Shown here piece by piece: positions 1-9,612 of a stretch of DNA of 64,000 nt. The position numbers were made by a program, and so were the translations under genes. The notes beneath the pieces were generated by a model that ran no database searches, was not told the DNA's origin, and saw only the letters and a list, made by a program, of their open reading frames with translations. The DNA comes from Eubacteriales Family XIII. Incertae Sedis bacterium (lineage in GTDB: Bacteria; Bacillota; Clostridia; Peptostreptococcales; Anaerovoracaceae): the NCBI GenBank assembly GCA_031261525.1, contig JAISJM010000100.1:1376-65375 (forward strand). Direction: 5' to 3'. Within the stretch, counting starts at the first letter, position 1. Each line of letters starts with the position of its first letter.

Positions 1-1547
1 TGGATATCACCTTGCAGCAGGGTGACAAACGCTTGACTGATGCGTATTTTGAGGATGCATATCGTGGTGTCAATGACCTGATTGAGCTAAAAGGACTTGA
101 GCCAGGTGCAATTGTGACATTTGCATTCCAAAATGTTCCAGATGGATTCTTCAATGTTGTATCAGAGATTAAGCCAATCAAGCGCGACGAAGATGACTCC
201 AGCGCAAAACATGATAATTACGTCATCACGCGAGGTTTAGAGGTACATGACACAGTTCCAAGCGAATCTGTTGATATCGAGCTTGGGCGCAAACAGAGTG
301 TTGTTGAAATCGCAGAGGGCGCACCAATGATCTCCGTCGATGGATTGCCTGATCTGTTCGATACCGCGCTCTATACGGTTGCAGATCAAGTTTTGATAGA
401 AGAGGGTGGTGTTGTCGAATTTAAACTGGTTGCAGATGAGTCCGCAGATGACGATAAAATACAAATTGCAACGAGGTCACGTGAAAATAGTGAACGCACC
501 CTCCATTATCTTGAGTTGTCATTGAAAAAGACGACCTTTGCAGAGGATGGAAAGATTCTAAGTGAGGAATGGATTCCTGAGCTCCCATCCAATTACCTGA
601 CGATTGCAATACCTGAGCCAGATTCACTTTATGGTAGGACAACATCACATGTCTACCGTGTGCATGCACCTGCCGGTATGGGCAAAGAGTTGCATCAATT
701 AGAATTTGAAGATGGATTAGGTTTCGCACATGGAGACAGCATCGCGCAAGAAGGATTCCACGACTCTGACGATGCAGACTGGATGGTTATGAATACTAAA
801 AAATTCTCAGCCTATGGTTTCAGCGTTCCAGCCTATTTGCTTACCGTTACAACGGAAGGTGAGGGTGTTGTGAATGGCATTCCTGAAGATACACTTCTGA
901 TTGAGAAAGAAGTAGCTGCGTTATCTGCAGAAGCTGCGGCTGGCTGGCAGTTCGATGGCTGGATTGTTGAGGGCGCGCAGTCTCCAGCACCAGCGACCAG
1001 TCCTGCACTTGCGCTTGCGATGCCGAAAGGCGCTGTGAACGTGAAAGCGGTGTTTACGGAAGCGCCGGATGATGGTTTTGGAACTGGAAATGGCGGCAGC
1101 AACGGCGGTTCTGGTGGCAATGGCAACAACGGTGGCAATGGCAACAACGGTGGAAATGATAACAATGGCGGAAATGATAACAACGGTGGAAATGGCAACA
1201 ATGGCGGAAATGGCAACAACGGTGGAAATGGTGGCAACTCAGGTGGCGGTTCTGGAACTGGCAATGGCACAGGTTCTGGAGTTGGTGGTGACGGTGGCAA
1301 TGCTGGTGCGGGTACTGACAATGGTACAAGTGGCAACAGTGGTACTGGACAAGCTGATTGTCTTCCCGCTCGCAAAGACGGCATTCATGACATCACGCGA
1401 GATACGATCTTGCCAGAGACAGGTGACAACATGGATCTTGCTCGTTATGTATACATCAGTATTGTTGCCATTCTTGCACTATTGATTATCGTAGTGGCGC
1501 GGCATAGACGCGCACGTGTGCGTACGAATACGCGTAAGCACAAATAA
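1..1547 (+). CDS. LPXTG-anchored cell-surface protein; the frame is open to the window edge, so the gene is probably 5'-truncated
   Basis: The C-terminus reads LPETG, then a hydrophobic stretch (YVYISIVAILALLIIVV), then a basic tail (RHRRARVRTNTRKHK), which is a classic sortase sorting signal. A G/N-rich low-complexity linker lies upstream. The track ORF starts at TTG 12, but no stop codon lies upstream in frame. Confidence 0.8.
   Translation, partial: DITLQQGDKRLTDAYFEDAYRGVNDLIELKGLEPGAIVTFAFQNVPDGFFNVVSEIKPIKRDEDDSSAKHDNYVITRGLEVHDTVPSESVDIELGRKQSVVEIAEGAPMISVDGLPDLFDTALYTVADQVLIEEGGVVEFKLVADESADDDKIQIATRSRENSERTLHYLELSLKKTTFAEDGKILSEEWIPELPSNYLTIAIPEPDSLYGRTTSHVYRVHAPAGMGKELHQLEFEDGLGFAHGDSIAQEGFHDSDDADWMVMNTKKFSAYGFSVPAYLLTVTTEGEGVVNGIPEDTLLIEKEVAALSAEAAAGWQFDGWIVEGAQSPAPATSPALALAMPKGAVNVKAVFTEAPDDGFGTGNGGSNGGSGGNGNNGGNGNNGGNDNNGGNDNNGGNGNNGGNGNNGGNGGNSGGGSGTGNGTGSGVGGDGGNAGAGTDNGTSGNSGTGQADCLPARKDGIHDITRDTILPETGDNMDLARYVYISIVAILALLIIVVARHRRARVRTNTRKHK
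1113..1238 (+). repeat. Seven in-frame tandem copies of an 18-bp unit (ggtggcaatggcaacaac and variants) encoding a (GGNGNN)n linker
   Basis: Read directly from the sequence. These repeats generate the spurious overlapping ORFs 833-1384(-), 1054-1329(-) and 1069-1485(+). Confidence 0.9.
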
Positions 1548-1585
1548 GTAATTTAGTTCTATAAAATTTTTAACATACATTTGAG

Positions 1586-1650
1586 GCGTCGTCGTTCTGA
1601 TTCACAGGAAATTGATTCAATAATGTGAATCGGAACGGTGACGCTCTTTC
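1586..1650 (+). terminator. Long RNA hairpin downstream of the surface-protein gene, probable terminator
   Basis: Arm 1586-1606 (gcgtcgtcgttctgattcaca) pairs with arm 1624-1644 (tgtgaatcggaacggtgacgc) over 21 bp. Three of the pairs are G-U pairs that work only in the + strand RNA. The tail (tctttc) is only weakly U-rich. Confidence 0.5.
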
Positions 1651-1925
1651 AAAATAAGTCAGCAATCATCAAATTCAATCATCTGTTGTTTCTATTATAG
1701 CAATTACTCTAAATGTTGAAATAATAGGGTTTATTATCTTGCTATTTCTTTATAAAATCCTTGCACCCACGGGGGTATTTGTAGTAGACTTTATGCATAT
1801 CGCGAAGAAACATGAATTCAGATTGATATAGATGCGTATCCGTTTCGTGATTTTTTTTATGGGATTTATTATAGAATATTAGGATACGATATCATGGTAT
1901 CATTGGAATAAGTTAGGGGTTAGCG

Positions 1926-2219
1926 TTGGAAGAACAAGCAATACCAACAATTGAAGAGCTTCAAGAGACCGTCGTGACACGTGTGAACCCGCTCCTTGCA
2001 GCACATCTCGGGGGTGCAGAGGTCTCAGGATTTGAAGACAATATTGTCTATATCAGACTCACAGGAGAGTGTGCAGGCTGCCAATCAGCGGCATTTACAC
2101 TTGAAGATGTTGTTAAAAAAGAGATTTTTGATGCATGGCCGATTGTCAAAGATGTGGAGCTTGATACGACCGTTCCACAGGATATGATTGATATGGCATT
2201 GAAGATTTTAAAGAAGTAA
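1926..2219 (+). CDS. NifU-like (Nfu-type) Fe-S cluster carrier domain protein
   Basis: The 97-aa product has the pattern HLGGAEVSGFEDNIVYIRLTGECAGCQSA, which resembles the CxxC motif of the NifU C-terminal domain. TTG start. Confidence 0.7.
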   Translation: MEEQAIPTIEELQETVVTRVNPLLAAHLGGAEVSGFEDNIVYIRLTGECAGCQSAAFTLEDVVKKEIFDAWPIVKDVELDTTVPQDMIDMALKILKK

Positions 2220-2370
2220 AACAAGAAAAAGCAAGTTATTAGATTGATTCAGGATGAGGATATGTTAAAAAGAGCATATCAATCGCAATACATTATTTAT
2301 GTGCAGTAATTTTATGCGCAGAGTCGCGTATAAAATAAGTTATAATTTATCAAGAAGGGTAGGTATTAAA

Positions 2371-3852
2371 ATGGCACTTATGACAGGGGAACAGTACATC
2401 GAAAGTCTAAGATCACTGAAGACACAGGTTTACATGTTTGGTGAGAAAGTTGAGAATTGGGTAGATCATCCAATCATCAGACCATCCATCAACTGCGTCG
2501 CAGCAACTTATGATTTCGCTGACAATCCAGAGTATTCAGATCTTGCTGTTGTTACATCAAATCTCACAGGCAACAAGATCAACCGATTCACAAATCTCCA
2601 CCAGAGCACAGAAGATTTAAAGAATAAAGTAAAGATGCAGAGAGCGCTTGGCCAGATTACAGCTTCTTGCTTCCAGAGATGTGTTGGTATGGATGCGTTC
2701 AATGCGACATTTTCAACGACCTATGAAATTGATAAGAAATATGGTACAGACTATCATGAAAGATTCAAGAAATTCTTGATTGATGTACAGGACAACGATC
2801 TTACAGTTGATGGCGCAATGACAGATCCGAAGGGCAACAGAGGCGCATCACCAAGCGGTCAAGAAGATCCAGATCTCTTCGTACGTATCGTTGAAGAGAG
2901 AGAAGATGGAATCATCGTCAGTGGTGCTAAAGTACACCAGACTGGTTCAATCAACTCCCATTCTCATCTCGTGATGCCAACACAGGCGATGGCAGAAGCT
3001 GACAGCAAATATGCAGTTGCATTTTCTTGCCCATCTGACGCAGAAGGTCTATTCATGATTTACGGACGTCAGTCATGCGACACAAGAAAGCTTGAGAAGG
3101 ACGCTGATGTAGATCTTGGCAACAAGAAATACGGCGGACAGGAAGCACTCGTTGTATTTGACAACGTATTCATCCCAAATGAAAATGTATATCTAAAGGG
3201 CGAGTCTGAATTTGCTGGCATGCTCGTAGAGCGTTTTGCTGGATATCACAGACAGTCTTATGGTGGATGTAAAGTTGGCGTTGGCGATGTTGTAATCGGT
3301 GCTGCTGCACTTGCTGCTGAGTACAATGGCGCTCAGAAAGCAAGCCACATCAAAGACAAGCTCATCGAGATGACACACCTTAACGAGACATTGTACTGCT
3401 GCGGTATCGCATGTTCTGCTGAAGGTTATGCGACAGAAGCTGGCAACTATCAGATTGATTTACTTCTTGCCAATGTCTGCAAGCAGAATGTCACAAGATT
3501 CCCTTACGAGATCGTAAGACTCGCAGAGGACATCGCAGGTGGTCTCATGGTTACAATGCCATCACAGGCTGATTTCAGAAGTGACCTAAAGATTCCAACG
3601 GAGTCAGGCAAGACAATCGGCGAATGGTGCAACAAGTTCTTCGTTGGTGCTCCTGGCGTAAGCGTAGAGAACAGAATGCGCGTCATGAGATTCCTCGAGA
3701 ACATCTGCCTCGGTGCAGCTGCTGTTGGATACAGAACAGAGTCCATGCATGGTGCTGGTTCACCACAGGCTCAGAGAATCATGATTCAACGTCAAGGCAA
3801 TATCGAAGGCAAGAAAGCATTTGCTAAAAAAGTTGCAGGCATTGTAGAATAA
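2371..3852 (+). CDS. abfD: 4-hydroxybutyryl-CoA dehydratase / vinylacetyl-CoA delta-isomerase family protein
   Basis: The N-terminus MALMTGEQYIESLR is typical of the family. The ligand spacings known for AbfD are present: SCFQRC (CxxxC) and YHRQSYGGC (H-x6-C). The start was moved to ATG 2371, which lies behind aagggtagg. Confidence 0.8.
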   Translation: MALMTGEQYIESLRSLKTQVYMFGEKVENWVDHPIIRPSINCVAATYDFADNPEYSDLAVVTSNLTGNKINRFTNLHQSTEDLKNKVKMQRALGQITASCFQRCVGMDAFNATFSTTYEIDKKYGTDYHERFKKFLIDVQDNDLTVDGAMTDPKGNRGASPSGQEDPDLFVRIVEEREDGIIVSGAKVHQTGSINSHSHLVMPTQAMAEADSKYAVAFSCPSDAEGLFMIYGRQSCDTRKLEKDADVDLGNKKYGGQEALVVFDNVFIPNENVYLKGESEFAGMLVERFAGYHRQSYGGCKVGVGDVVIGAAALAAEYNGAQKASHIKDKLIEMTHLNETLYCCGIACSAEGYATEAGNYQIDLLLANVCKQNVTRFPYEIVRLAEDIAGGLMVTMPSQADFRSDLKIPTESGKTIGEWCNKFFVGAPGVSVENRMRVMRFLENICLGAAAVGYRTESMHGAGSPQAQRIMIQRQGNIEGKKAFAKKVAGIVE

Positions 3853-3956
3853 TTCATAATCAATAAAAGGCGACGGGATCCAGTGGCAAATTGTCGCAAG
3901 GGTCCCGTTTCCTATTTTACACAAATGGTACACAAAGGAGCGAGGTTCATTTAGAT

Positions 3957-4229
3957 TTGAAAAATATCGGTATCAAATTTTGTGGCGGGTGCAGAGCCGC
4001 TTATGACCGAAGAGGTGCATCCGAACGCATATCGAAAGCGATGCAAGACCGTAGCGAGGATGACCTGCATTTCGAATGGGCACAGGAGGGCAAGACTTAC
4101 GATGACATGATTGTCATGTGCGGTTGCACCAATCGGTGCGCAAATGTCAAACCTTACGATGTCCATGGTGAACTGTTTTATGCGTGGGGTGAAGATAGCG
4201 CAAAAGATCTAGAGCAAAATATAAAATAA
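3957..4229 (+). CDS. Small Cys-rich hypothetical protein (FCGGC ... MCGCTNRC)
   Basis: The ORF runs 3891-4229. No ATG is in frame near the 5' end. TTG 3957 lies downstream of aaggag/gagg. The position between abfD and the CoA-transferase gene suggests co-transcription. The start is uncertain. Confidence 0.45.
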   Translation: MKNIGIKFCGGCRAAYDRRGASERISKAMQDRSEDDLHFEWAQEGKTYDDMIVMCGCTNRCANVKPYDVHGELFYAWGEDSAKDLEQNIK

Positions 4230-4256
4230 TACAATAATGAGTATTGGATATTGTTA

Positions 4257-4285
4257 TTGGCAATTCAAATTACATATGATATAAT
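4257..4285 (+). promoter_or_regulatory. Sigma-70-type promoter with -35 TTGGCA, a 17-nt spacer and an extended -10 TGaTATAAT
   Basis: Read directly from the sequence: ttggca at 4257-4262 and tgatataat at 4277-4285. Confidence 0.5.
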
Positions 4286-4298
4286 TAATATAATAACT

Positions 4299-4316
4299 TT
4301 GTTAAACTTTTAACAA
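4299..4316. promoter_or_regulatory. Rex (redox-sensing repressor) operator, TTGTTAA-ACTT-TTAACAA
   Basis: A perfect 18-bp palindrome that matches the clostridial Rex-box consensus TTGTTAAnnnnTTAACAA. It sits just downstream of the predicted -10 and about 50 bp upstream of ATG 4367. Confidence 0.65.
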
Positions 4317-4366
4317 AGTTAGGTTGGATTGTATATTGTGGTAGGAATATTAAGGAGAGAACGAAC

Positions 4367-5680
4367 ATGCAAGATTGGAGAGAGTACTATAACGAGCGGC
4401 TGACGACAGCTGAAGAAGCCGTAAAGCACATTCCAAACAACAGCGATCTATGGCTCGCACACGCAGTTGGCGAACCACCAACCCTTACAAAAGCGATGAT
4501 TGACAACTATGAGCAATACGAAAATGTAAGAGTACATCACATGGTAAGACTTGGTCCTGTCGACTATACACTTGAGGGTATGGAAGGACATTTCATCGAG
4601 AATCCAATGTTCTCAGGTGCCAATAATCGTGCTGCGCTTGCAGATGGTAGAGCCGATTATTCACCTGTATATCTTCATGAAGCGCCAAAGATGCTTCGAG
4701 AAGGCGACCTCAATTGTGATGTCTTAATCGTGCAGGTATCTCCTCCAGATGAGGCTGGTTATGTGAGCTTTGGTGTATCTTGTGACTATACGGTACAGGC
4801 AAACATTTCCGCAAAAATTACCATTGCACAGGTCAATCCGAATATGCCAAGAACTTGGGGCGAGACGCAGGTTCCTGTAACAAATTTTGAGTATTTCGTA
4901 GAAGCAGAAGACGATCTTTATGAGATTCAGCCACCTAAAATCGATGAGACGGCGAAGCTCATCGGTGAGCATTGTGCAAGCCTCGTTGAAGATGGATCTA
5001 CACTCCAGCTTGGTATCGGCGCAATTCCAGATGCTGTATGCTTGTTCCTAAAGGACAAAAAACACCTCGGTATCCACTCAGAGATGATTGCAGATGGTAC
5101 ACTTGAGCTTGTGAAAGCCGGCGTCATCGACAATTCTATGAAATCTGTAGATAAGGATCGTTTGAGCGTGACATTCCTCATGGGTACAAGAGCATTGTAT
5201 GATTGGGCTGACGACAATCCAGCGTTGATTATGCGTCCATCAAACTACATCAACCACCCAGCAGTCGTCATGCAACAGTACAAGATGGTCTGCATCAACT
5301 CTGCAATCGAAGTAGATATGATGGGTCAGGTTGCATCAGAAGCGATGGGTCTCAAGCAGTTCTCAGGTCCAGGAGGACAGGTTGACTTTGTAAGAGGCGC
5401 ATCCATGGCAGAAGGGGGCAAGTCCATCATTGCAATGCCATCCGTAACGATAAAAAGAGATGGTACGATTATCTCTAAGATTGTGCCATTCTTACAGCCA
5501 GGCGCTGCTGTTACAACAACGCGTAATGATGTACATTATGTTGTCACAGAGTATGGTATCGCACCACTCAAAGGTAAGAGCCTACGTCAGAGAGCAAAGA
5601 ATTTGATTAATATTGCACACCCTGATTGTAAGCAGCCACTGATTGACGAGTACGAGAAGAGATTTGGCGAAAAGTACTAA
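4367..5680 (+). CDS. Acetyl-CoA hydrolase/transferase family protein, likely 4-hydroxybutyrate CoA-transferase
   Basis: The 437-aa product has family-typical regions (LQLGIGAIPDAV, GIHSEMI, GGQVDFVRGA) and an aaggagaga RBS. It is adjacent to the abfD-like gene. Confidence 0.8.
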   Translation: MQDWREYYNERLTTAEEAVKHIPNNSDLWLAHAVGEPPTLTKAMIDNYEQYENVRVHHMVRLGPVDYTLEGMEGHFIENPMFSGANNRAALADGRADYSPVYLHEAPKMLREGDLNCDVLIVQVSPPDEAGYVSFGVSCDYTVQANISAKITIAQVNPNMPRTWGETQVPVTNFEYFVEAEDDLYEIQPPKIDETAKLIGEHCASLVEDGSTLQLGIGAIPDAVCLFLKDKKHLGIHSEMIADGTLELVKAGVIDNSMKSVDKDRLSVTFLMGTRALYDWADDNPALIMRPSNYINHPAVVMQQYKMVCINSAIEVDMMGQVASEAMGLKQFSGPGGQVDFVRGASMAEGGKSIIAMPSVTIKRDGTIISKIVPFLQPGAAVTTTRNDVHYVVTEYGIAPLKGKSLRQRAKNLINIAHPDCKQPLIDEYEKRFGEKY

Positions 5681-5813
5681 ATCGATTCTTCGTATTGTGA
5701 AATATGACGAGTAATGATGAAAAATGATGAAAATAAAGCATGGGGTTGTTCTCATGCTTTATTTTTGTGTAAAAGTGGTTTGCAGATGTACTGAATTAGG
5801 ATATGATAATAGA

Positions 5814-6563
5814 ATGAATAGCACAGAATCAACCAAAATTATAAAAATCAACCGCCTGACCTTTTCCTACGATGAATCCACGCGGCCGTCGCTCACAGAT
5901 ATTAATCTTGAAATTGATGTAGGCTCGATTACGGTATTGATTGGGCCATCGGGTTGTGGCAAGACGACGCTGTGTCGATGTATGATGGGTGTGATTCCGA
6001 AACTGATGAAAGGCACGCTTGCTGGTGACGTCTACCTTGCCGATACAGAGATTGCCCAAAATGATGATCTCAAAATCAGTACGCTGTCCCAGATTATCGG
6101 GTTCGTCATGCAAGAGACCGATGCGCAGATTGTGATGAGCACGGTGGAAGACGATCTCGCATTTGGTCCAGAAAATCTAATGGTGGAACCAGAAGAAATT
6201 AGAGTGCGTGTCAATGAAATTCTTATGCAAATGTCGCTAGATGATCATGCAACGAGAAATCCAGCACATCTATCAGGAGGAGAAAAGCAGCGACTTGCAA
6301 TTGGCGGAGTGCTTGCAATGCAGCCTGATATCTTAGTATTTGATGAACCAGTCAGCAATTTGGATGCTGCTGGCAAGTCCGCATTTGTGGAACAGGTGAA
6401 GATACTGAAAGCACTCGGCAAGACAATCGTCATCGTTGAGCATGATTTTGATCGGTTGGACTTTGCAGATCGGTGGGTGCTTATGAAAGACGGAGCGATT
6501 GTCTGCGATGCGAGCCCCGCGGATATTCCAAAGCAGCTATTGGAATATGAGCTATGGATATAA
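5814..6563 (+). CDS. ECF-type ABC transporter ATP-binding protein (EcfA1-like)
   Basis: Walker A GPSGCGKTT, signature LSGGEKQRLAI and Walker B LVFDEP are present. The start was set at the internal ATG (MNSTESTK...). Confidence 0.8.
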   Translation: MNSTESTKIIKINRLTFSYDESTRPSLTDINLEIDVGSITVLIGPSGCGKTTLCRCMMGVIPKLMKGTLAGDVYLADTEIAQNDDLKISTLSQIIGFVMQETDAQIVMSTVEDDLAFGPENLMVEPEEIRVRVNEILMQMSLDDHATRNPAHLSGGEKQRLAIGGVLAMQPDILVFDEPVSNLDAAGKSAFVEQVKILKALGKTIVIVEHDFDRLDFADRWVLMKDGAIVCDASPADIPKQLLEYELWI

Positions 6564-6627
6564 TGGATGCAAATGATGTATTCCGAAGCTTGCGGATTGA
6601 TCATTACATAAAACTGGAGTATAACTT

Positions 6628-7329
6628 ATGGCATTAATTGCACAAAACCTGAGCTTTTCATATCGTAACGGGATGCGTCAAAATAAGACTCATCATAATA
6701 TCATGAATCATAGTGCCAAGAATCGCCAGCCACCTGCTGTGACGCCAATCATTAGCAATTTCTCTGAAAGCTTTGAACCTGCCCGAATCACAGCAATCAC
6801 GGGGGCAAATGGCTGCGGTAAGACGACGCTTTCAAAATTACTTGTCGGCATCTTACAGCCGCAATTTGGCAAGGTGACAATGGATGGTACGGACATATCG
6901 AGTATGAGCCTGTCGCAAATAGGAAGGCAAATTGGGCTTGTCATGCAAAATCCGAGCCGTCAGCTTTTTTGTACTTCTGTGGCAGACGAGATGGAATTTG
7001 GGCTAAAGAATATCGGAATTGACGATGCTGAAATCAATCGAAGAAAACAATATTACTTGGCGTATTTTGGACTTCGCGATTATGAAGATCAATTCCCGTT
7101 TGAGCTGAGTACGGGAGAGAAACAGCGTCTGATTATTGCGGCAATTGTCGCAATGAAGCCCAAATATCTTATATTAGACGAGCCGACATCCTCGCTCGAT
7201 ATCAGCCGGCGCGCGGAACTTGGCAAGCTGTTACGAAGACTTAAAGATGACGAAGGCATGGGCATCCTCCTGATTAGTCATGATGCGCGTTTTGTATCCA
7301 CCTATGCGGATGAGGAAGTGTGCTTATGA
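6628..7329 (+). CDS. ECF-type ABC transporter ATP-binding protein (EcfA2-like)
   Basis: Walker A GANGCGKTT, signature LSTGEKQRLIIA and Walker B LILDEP are present. Confidence 0.8.
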   Translation: MALIAQNLSFSYRNGMRQNKTHHNIMNHSAKNRQPPAVTPIISNFSESFEPARITAITGANGCGKTTLSKLLVGILQPQFGKVTMDGTDISSMSLSQIGRQIGLVMQNPSRQLFCTSVADEMEFGLKNIGIDDAEINRRKQYYLAYFGLRDYEDQFPFELSTGEKQRLIIAAIVAMKPKYLILDEPTSSLDISRRAELGKLLRRLKDDEGMGILLISHDARFVSTYADEEVCL

Positions 7330-8120
7330 GTGCGCCAAATGAAATGCTTGCAGTGACACGGCTGGCGAGACTCGATCCGCGCCCAAAACTCATGCTCATG
7401 GCATCGGCATCCACCGCCGCCATGCTTACAAATAACCTCGTAGCGATTGTAAGCATTCTCTGCGTGTTGATGATATCAATGACAATTGGCGGTATGAGCG
7501 TGTCCAATGTGATAAGGCGCGCAAAGTCGCTCTTTGCGCTCATTGTCTTTTTGTTCATCATTCAGATATTTTTCTCTGGAATTGGTGATGTGATGCGTCC
7601 TGAAATCGGTATCGATGTAGTAAAACCGCTTCTTAAAATCGGCAAATTCAACTTATATGTACAGCCGCTTCAATTAGCCGCAGTTCTCTCACTTAGACTA
7701 CTTATCATCGTACTTTCTGCGCTTATCTTGCTTGAGGGTGATGCGCGTGACTATCTCCTTGCGCTCGTGCAGATGAAGGTTCCGTACGAGATTGCATTTA
7801 TGGTCATTGTCGGACTGCATTTCTTGCCGATTCTCAGGGAAGAAACAATCAATATCTATTGTTGTATGCAGCTGCGTGGCAAAGATTTTAAGAAAATTAG
7901 CCTGATCGAAAAATTGAAAGCATATATAAGCATCTGTTTGCCGATTCTTGTCAGTGCACTCAGGCGAGCGGACGAGATGTCCATCTCGATGGAGACGAGG
8001 GGATTTCGCGCCAAGCCAAGTCGCACCAATATGAGGCGACTGACGATGCACAGGTATGACGTCATTTTGACGATACTGTATCCAGTGGTATTTATCGGTC
8101 TGCATTTTATGATACATTAA
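7326..8120 (+). CDS. ECF transporter transmembrane T component (CbiQ/EcfT family)
   Basis: A polytopic membrane protein that contains ALRRADEMSISMETRGF, which resembles the EcfT coupling-helix Ala-Arg-Gly region. It has an ATGA overlap with the upstream ATPase stop and a gaggaag RBS. Confidence 0.75.
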   Translation: MSAPNEMLAVTRLARLDPRPKLMLMASASTAAMLTNNLVAIVSILCVLMISMTIGGMSVSNVIRRAKSLFALIVFLFIIQIFFSGIGDVMRPEIGIDVVKPLLKIGKFNLYVQPLQLAAVLSLRLLIIVLSALILLEGDARDYLLALVQMKVPYEIAFMVIVGLHFLPILREETINIYCCMQLRGKDFKKISLIEKLKAYISICLPILVSALRRADEMSISMETRGFRAKPSRTNMRRLTMHRYDVILTILYPVVFIGLHFMIH

Positions 8121-8208
8121 AACATGGCACATCTGCATGTTATGCTGCGAAGAGGCGTATGATGGAGTACGAATCAGTTTTATACAAATTTAAAGATGGA
8201 GTGACTCG

Positions 8209-8934
8209 ATGAGGTTTGAATGGACAGACGAAAAAATAGAGCAATACATACGGGCGTCTAAATACACGGAATTTCATAAAAACTTGGCGGCGCGGATTCA
8301 CCCCTTTCTGAATGAATCGGATCGTATCCTTGACATCGGCTGTGGTACTGGATGTATCGACATTGCGTTGTCGCCATGGGTCAAATCCATTACAGCATTT
8401 GACATCGACGACAGGGCGATTGACTATTTTAAGGAAGAAATAAAGAAGTCTGACATGCACAATATTACAGCATACACAAGAGATTTCTCGCAAATGTCTA
8501 CAATTGACTGTGACGTGGCATTGCTGTGCTATTTTGGGGCAACGCATGACGAATTGTTAGAGATTATTCATGCCGCACGAAGACAGACGATTGTCGTCAT
8601 GCATAGTGCTGGTGCGACAACAAAACCGAGCAAAATTAGCCGTAAAGTAAAGCATACTTCTGCAACGCAGATGCATCAGTTTTTGTCAGCAATGGATTTG
8701 GATTATGACTTTGTTGATACAAGACTGGAGTTTGGTCAGCCGCTTCGGTCAAAAGAGGAAGCAATTCATTTTTTTGAAGGCTATCTTCAACATTTTACGC
8801 ATGAGGAACGAGCACAAAAGATTCAGGTACAACTTGAAGAACTTGAAAAGATAGACGACAAACAATATCCTTATTTTTATTCACGTATGAAAGATATCTC
8901 GATTTTCATCATTCGCGGGTCGGCGTCAGAATGA
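8209..8934 (+). CDS. Class I SAM-dependent methyltransferase
   Basis: Motif I ILDIGCGTGCID is followed by an acidic post-I residue (FDID). Confidence 0.7.
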   Translation: MRFEWTDEKIEQYIRASKYTEFHKNLAARIHPFLNESDRILDIGCGTGCIDIALSPWVKSITAFDIDDRAIDYFKEEIKKSDMHNITAYTRDFSQMSTIDCDVALLCYFGATHDELLEIIHAARRQTIVVMHSAGATTKPSKISRKVKHTSATQMHQFLSAMDLDYDFVDTRLEFGQPLRSKEEAIHFFEGYLQHFTHEERAQKIQVQLEELEKIDDKQYPYFYSRMKDISIFIIRGSASE

Positions 8935-8958
8935 ACTTTGCAAGGAGATTAGGAACCT

Positions 8959-9579
8959 ATGAAAAAGAATGGCAATGGCAACATAAAATCTCAAAAAATC
9001 TTTCTGACAGGCGAACGCGGTGTTGGAAAGTCAACGATTATCAATCAAATCGTTCATGATATGTGCACACAATTGGATTTAACGCTAGTTGGTTTTCAGA
9101 CGCTGCCTGGAGCGGTATCTGCCGATAATAGTGAAGATAAAATATTCATCATCCCTTATGGCAAGTATCAGCGTGCGGATTTGATGGATGCATCGAGCCT
9201 CCAATGCAAATCGACCCTCCCCAATCCCGCACCACCACACCTAAAGCCAGTAGCGATACGCGACAAGAAAAATCAATCCTTCACAGCCTATCCAGAGATT
9301 TTCGATACGCTAGGCGTGGAAATTCTAAAGATGTCACAGGCTCAAGAGAACACCATAATCGTGATGGACGAACTTGGTTTTATGGAATCTGAAGCCTATG
9401 CTTTTCAATCAGAGGTTCTAAAAATTTTGGATCATAGTGCCACCGTTATCGGTGTAATCAAGCCCAAACACACGAATTTTTTAGATCGAATTAGAAATCA
9501 CAAAGACGTAACGGTTGTTACCGTGACAGAGGAGAATCGGGATTCGATTATATCTGTTATTTATGATATCATATCGTGA
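8959..9579 (+). CDS. P-loop NTPase, THEP1-like
   Basis: Walker A TGERGVGKST and Walker B IIVMDELGFME are present. The size is about 200 aa. Confidence 0.6.
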   Translation: MKKNGNGNIKSQKIFLTGERGVGKSTIINQIVHDMCTQLDLTLVGFQTLPGAVSADNSEDKIFIIPYGKYQRADLMDASSLQCKSTLPNPAPPHLKPVAIRDKKNQSFTAYPEIFDTLGVEILKMSQAQENTIIVMDELGFMESEAYAFQSEVLKILDHSATVIGVIKPKHTNFLDRIRNHKDVTVVTVTEENRDSIISVIYDIIS

Positions 9580-9612
9580 CATCGTGATTCCATTCATAGA
9601 GAGGATACGCAA

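Noticed and set aside
833-1485. Three long overlapping ORFs (833-1384 -, 1054-1329 -, 1069-1485 +) with odd P-rich, H/C-rich and M/V/A/T-rich products
   Set aside because: They lie entirely within the 18-bp GGNGNN coding repeats of the LPXTG protein. Their composition is a frame-shifted or antisense reading of the repeat, and they have no independent signals.
5814-8120. CbiMNQO/NikMNQO cobalt or nickel transporter
   Set aside because: Two distinct ATPase genes plus one T gene is the EcfA1A2T layout. No CbiM/CbiN-like genes are present.
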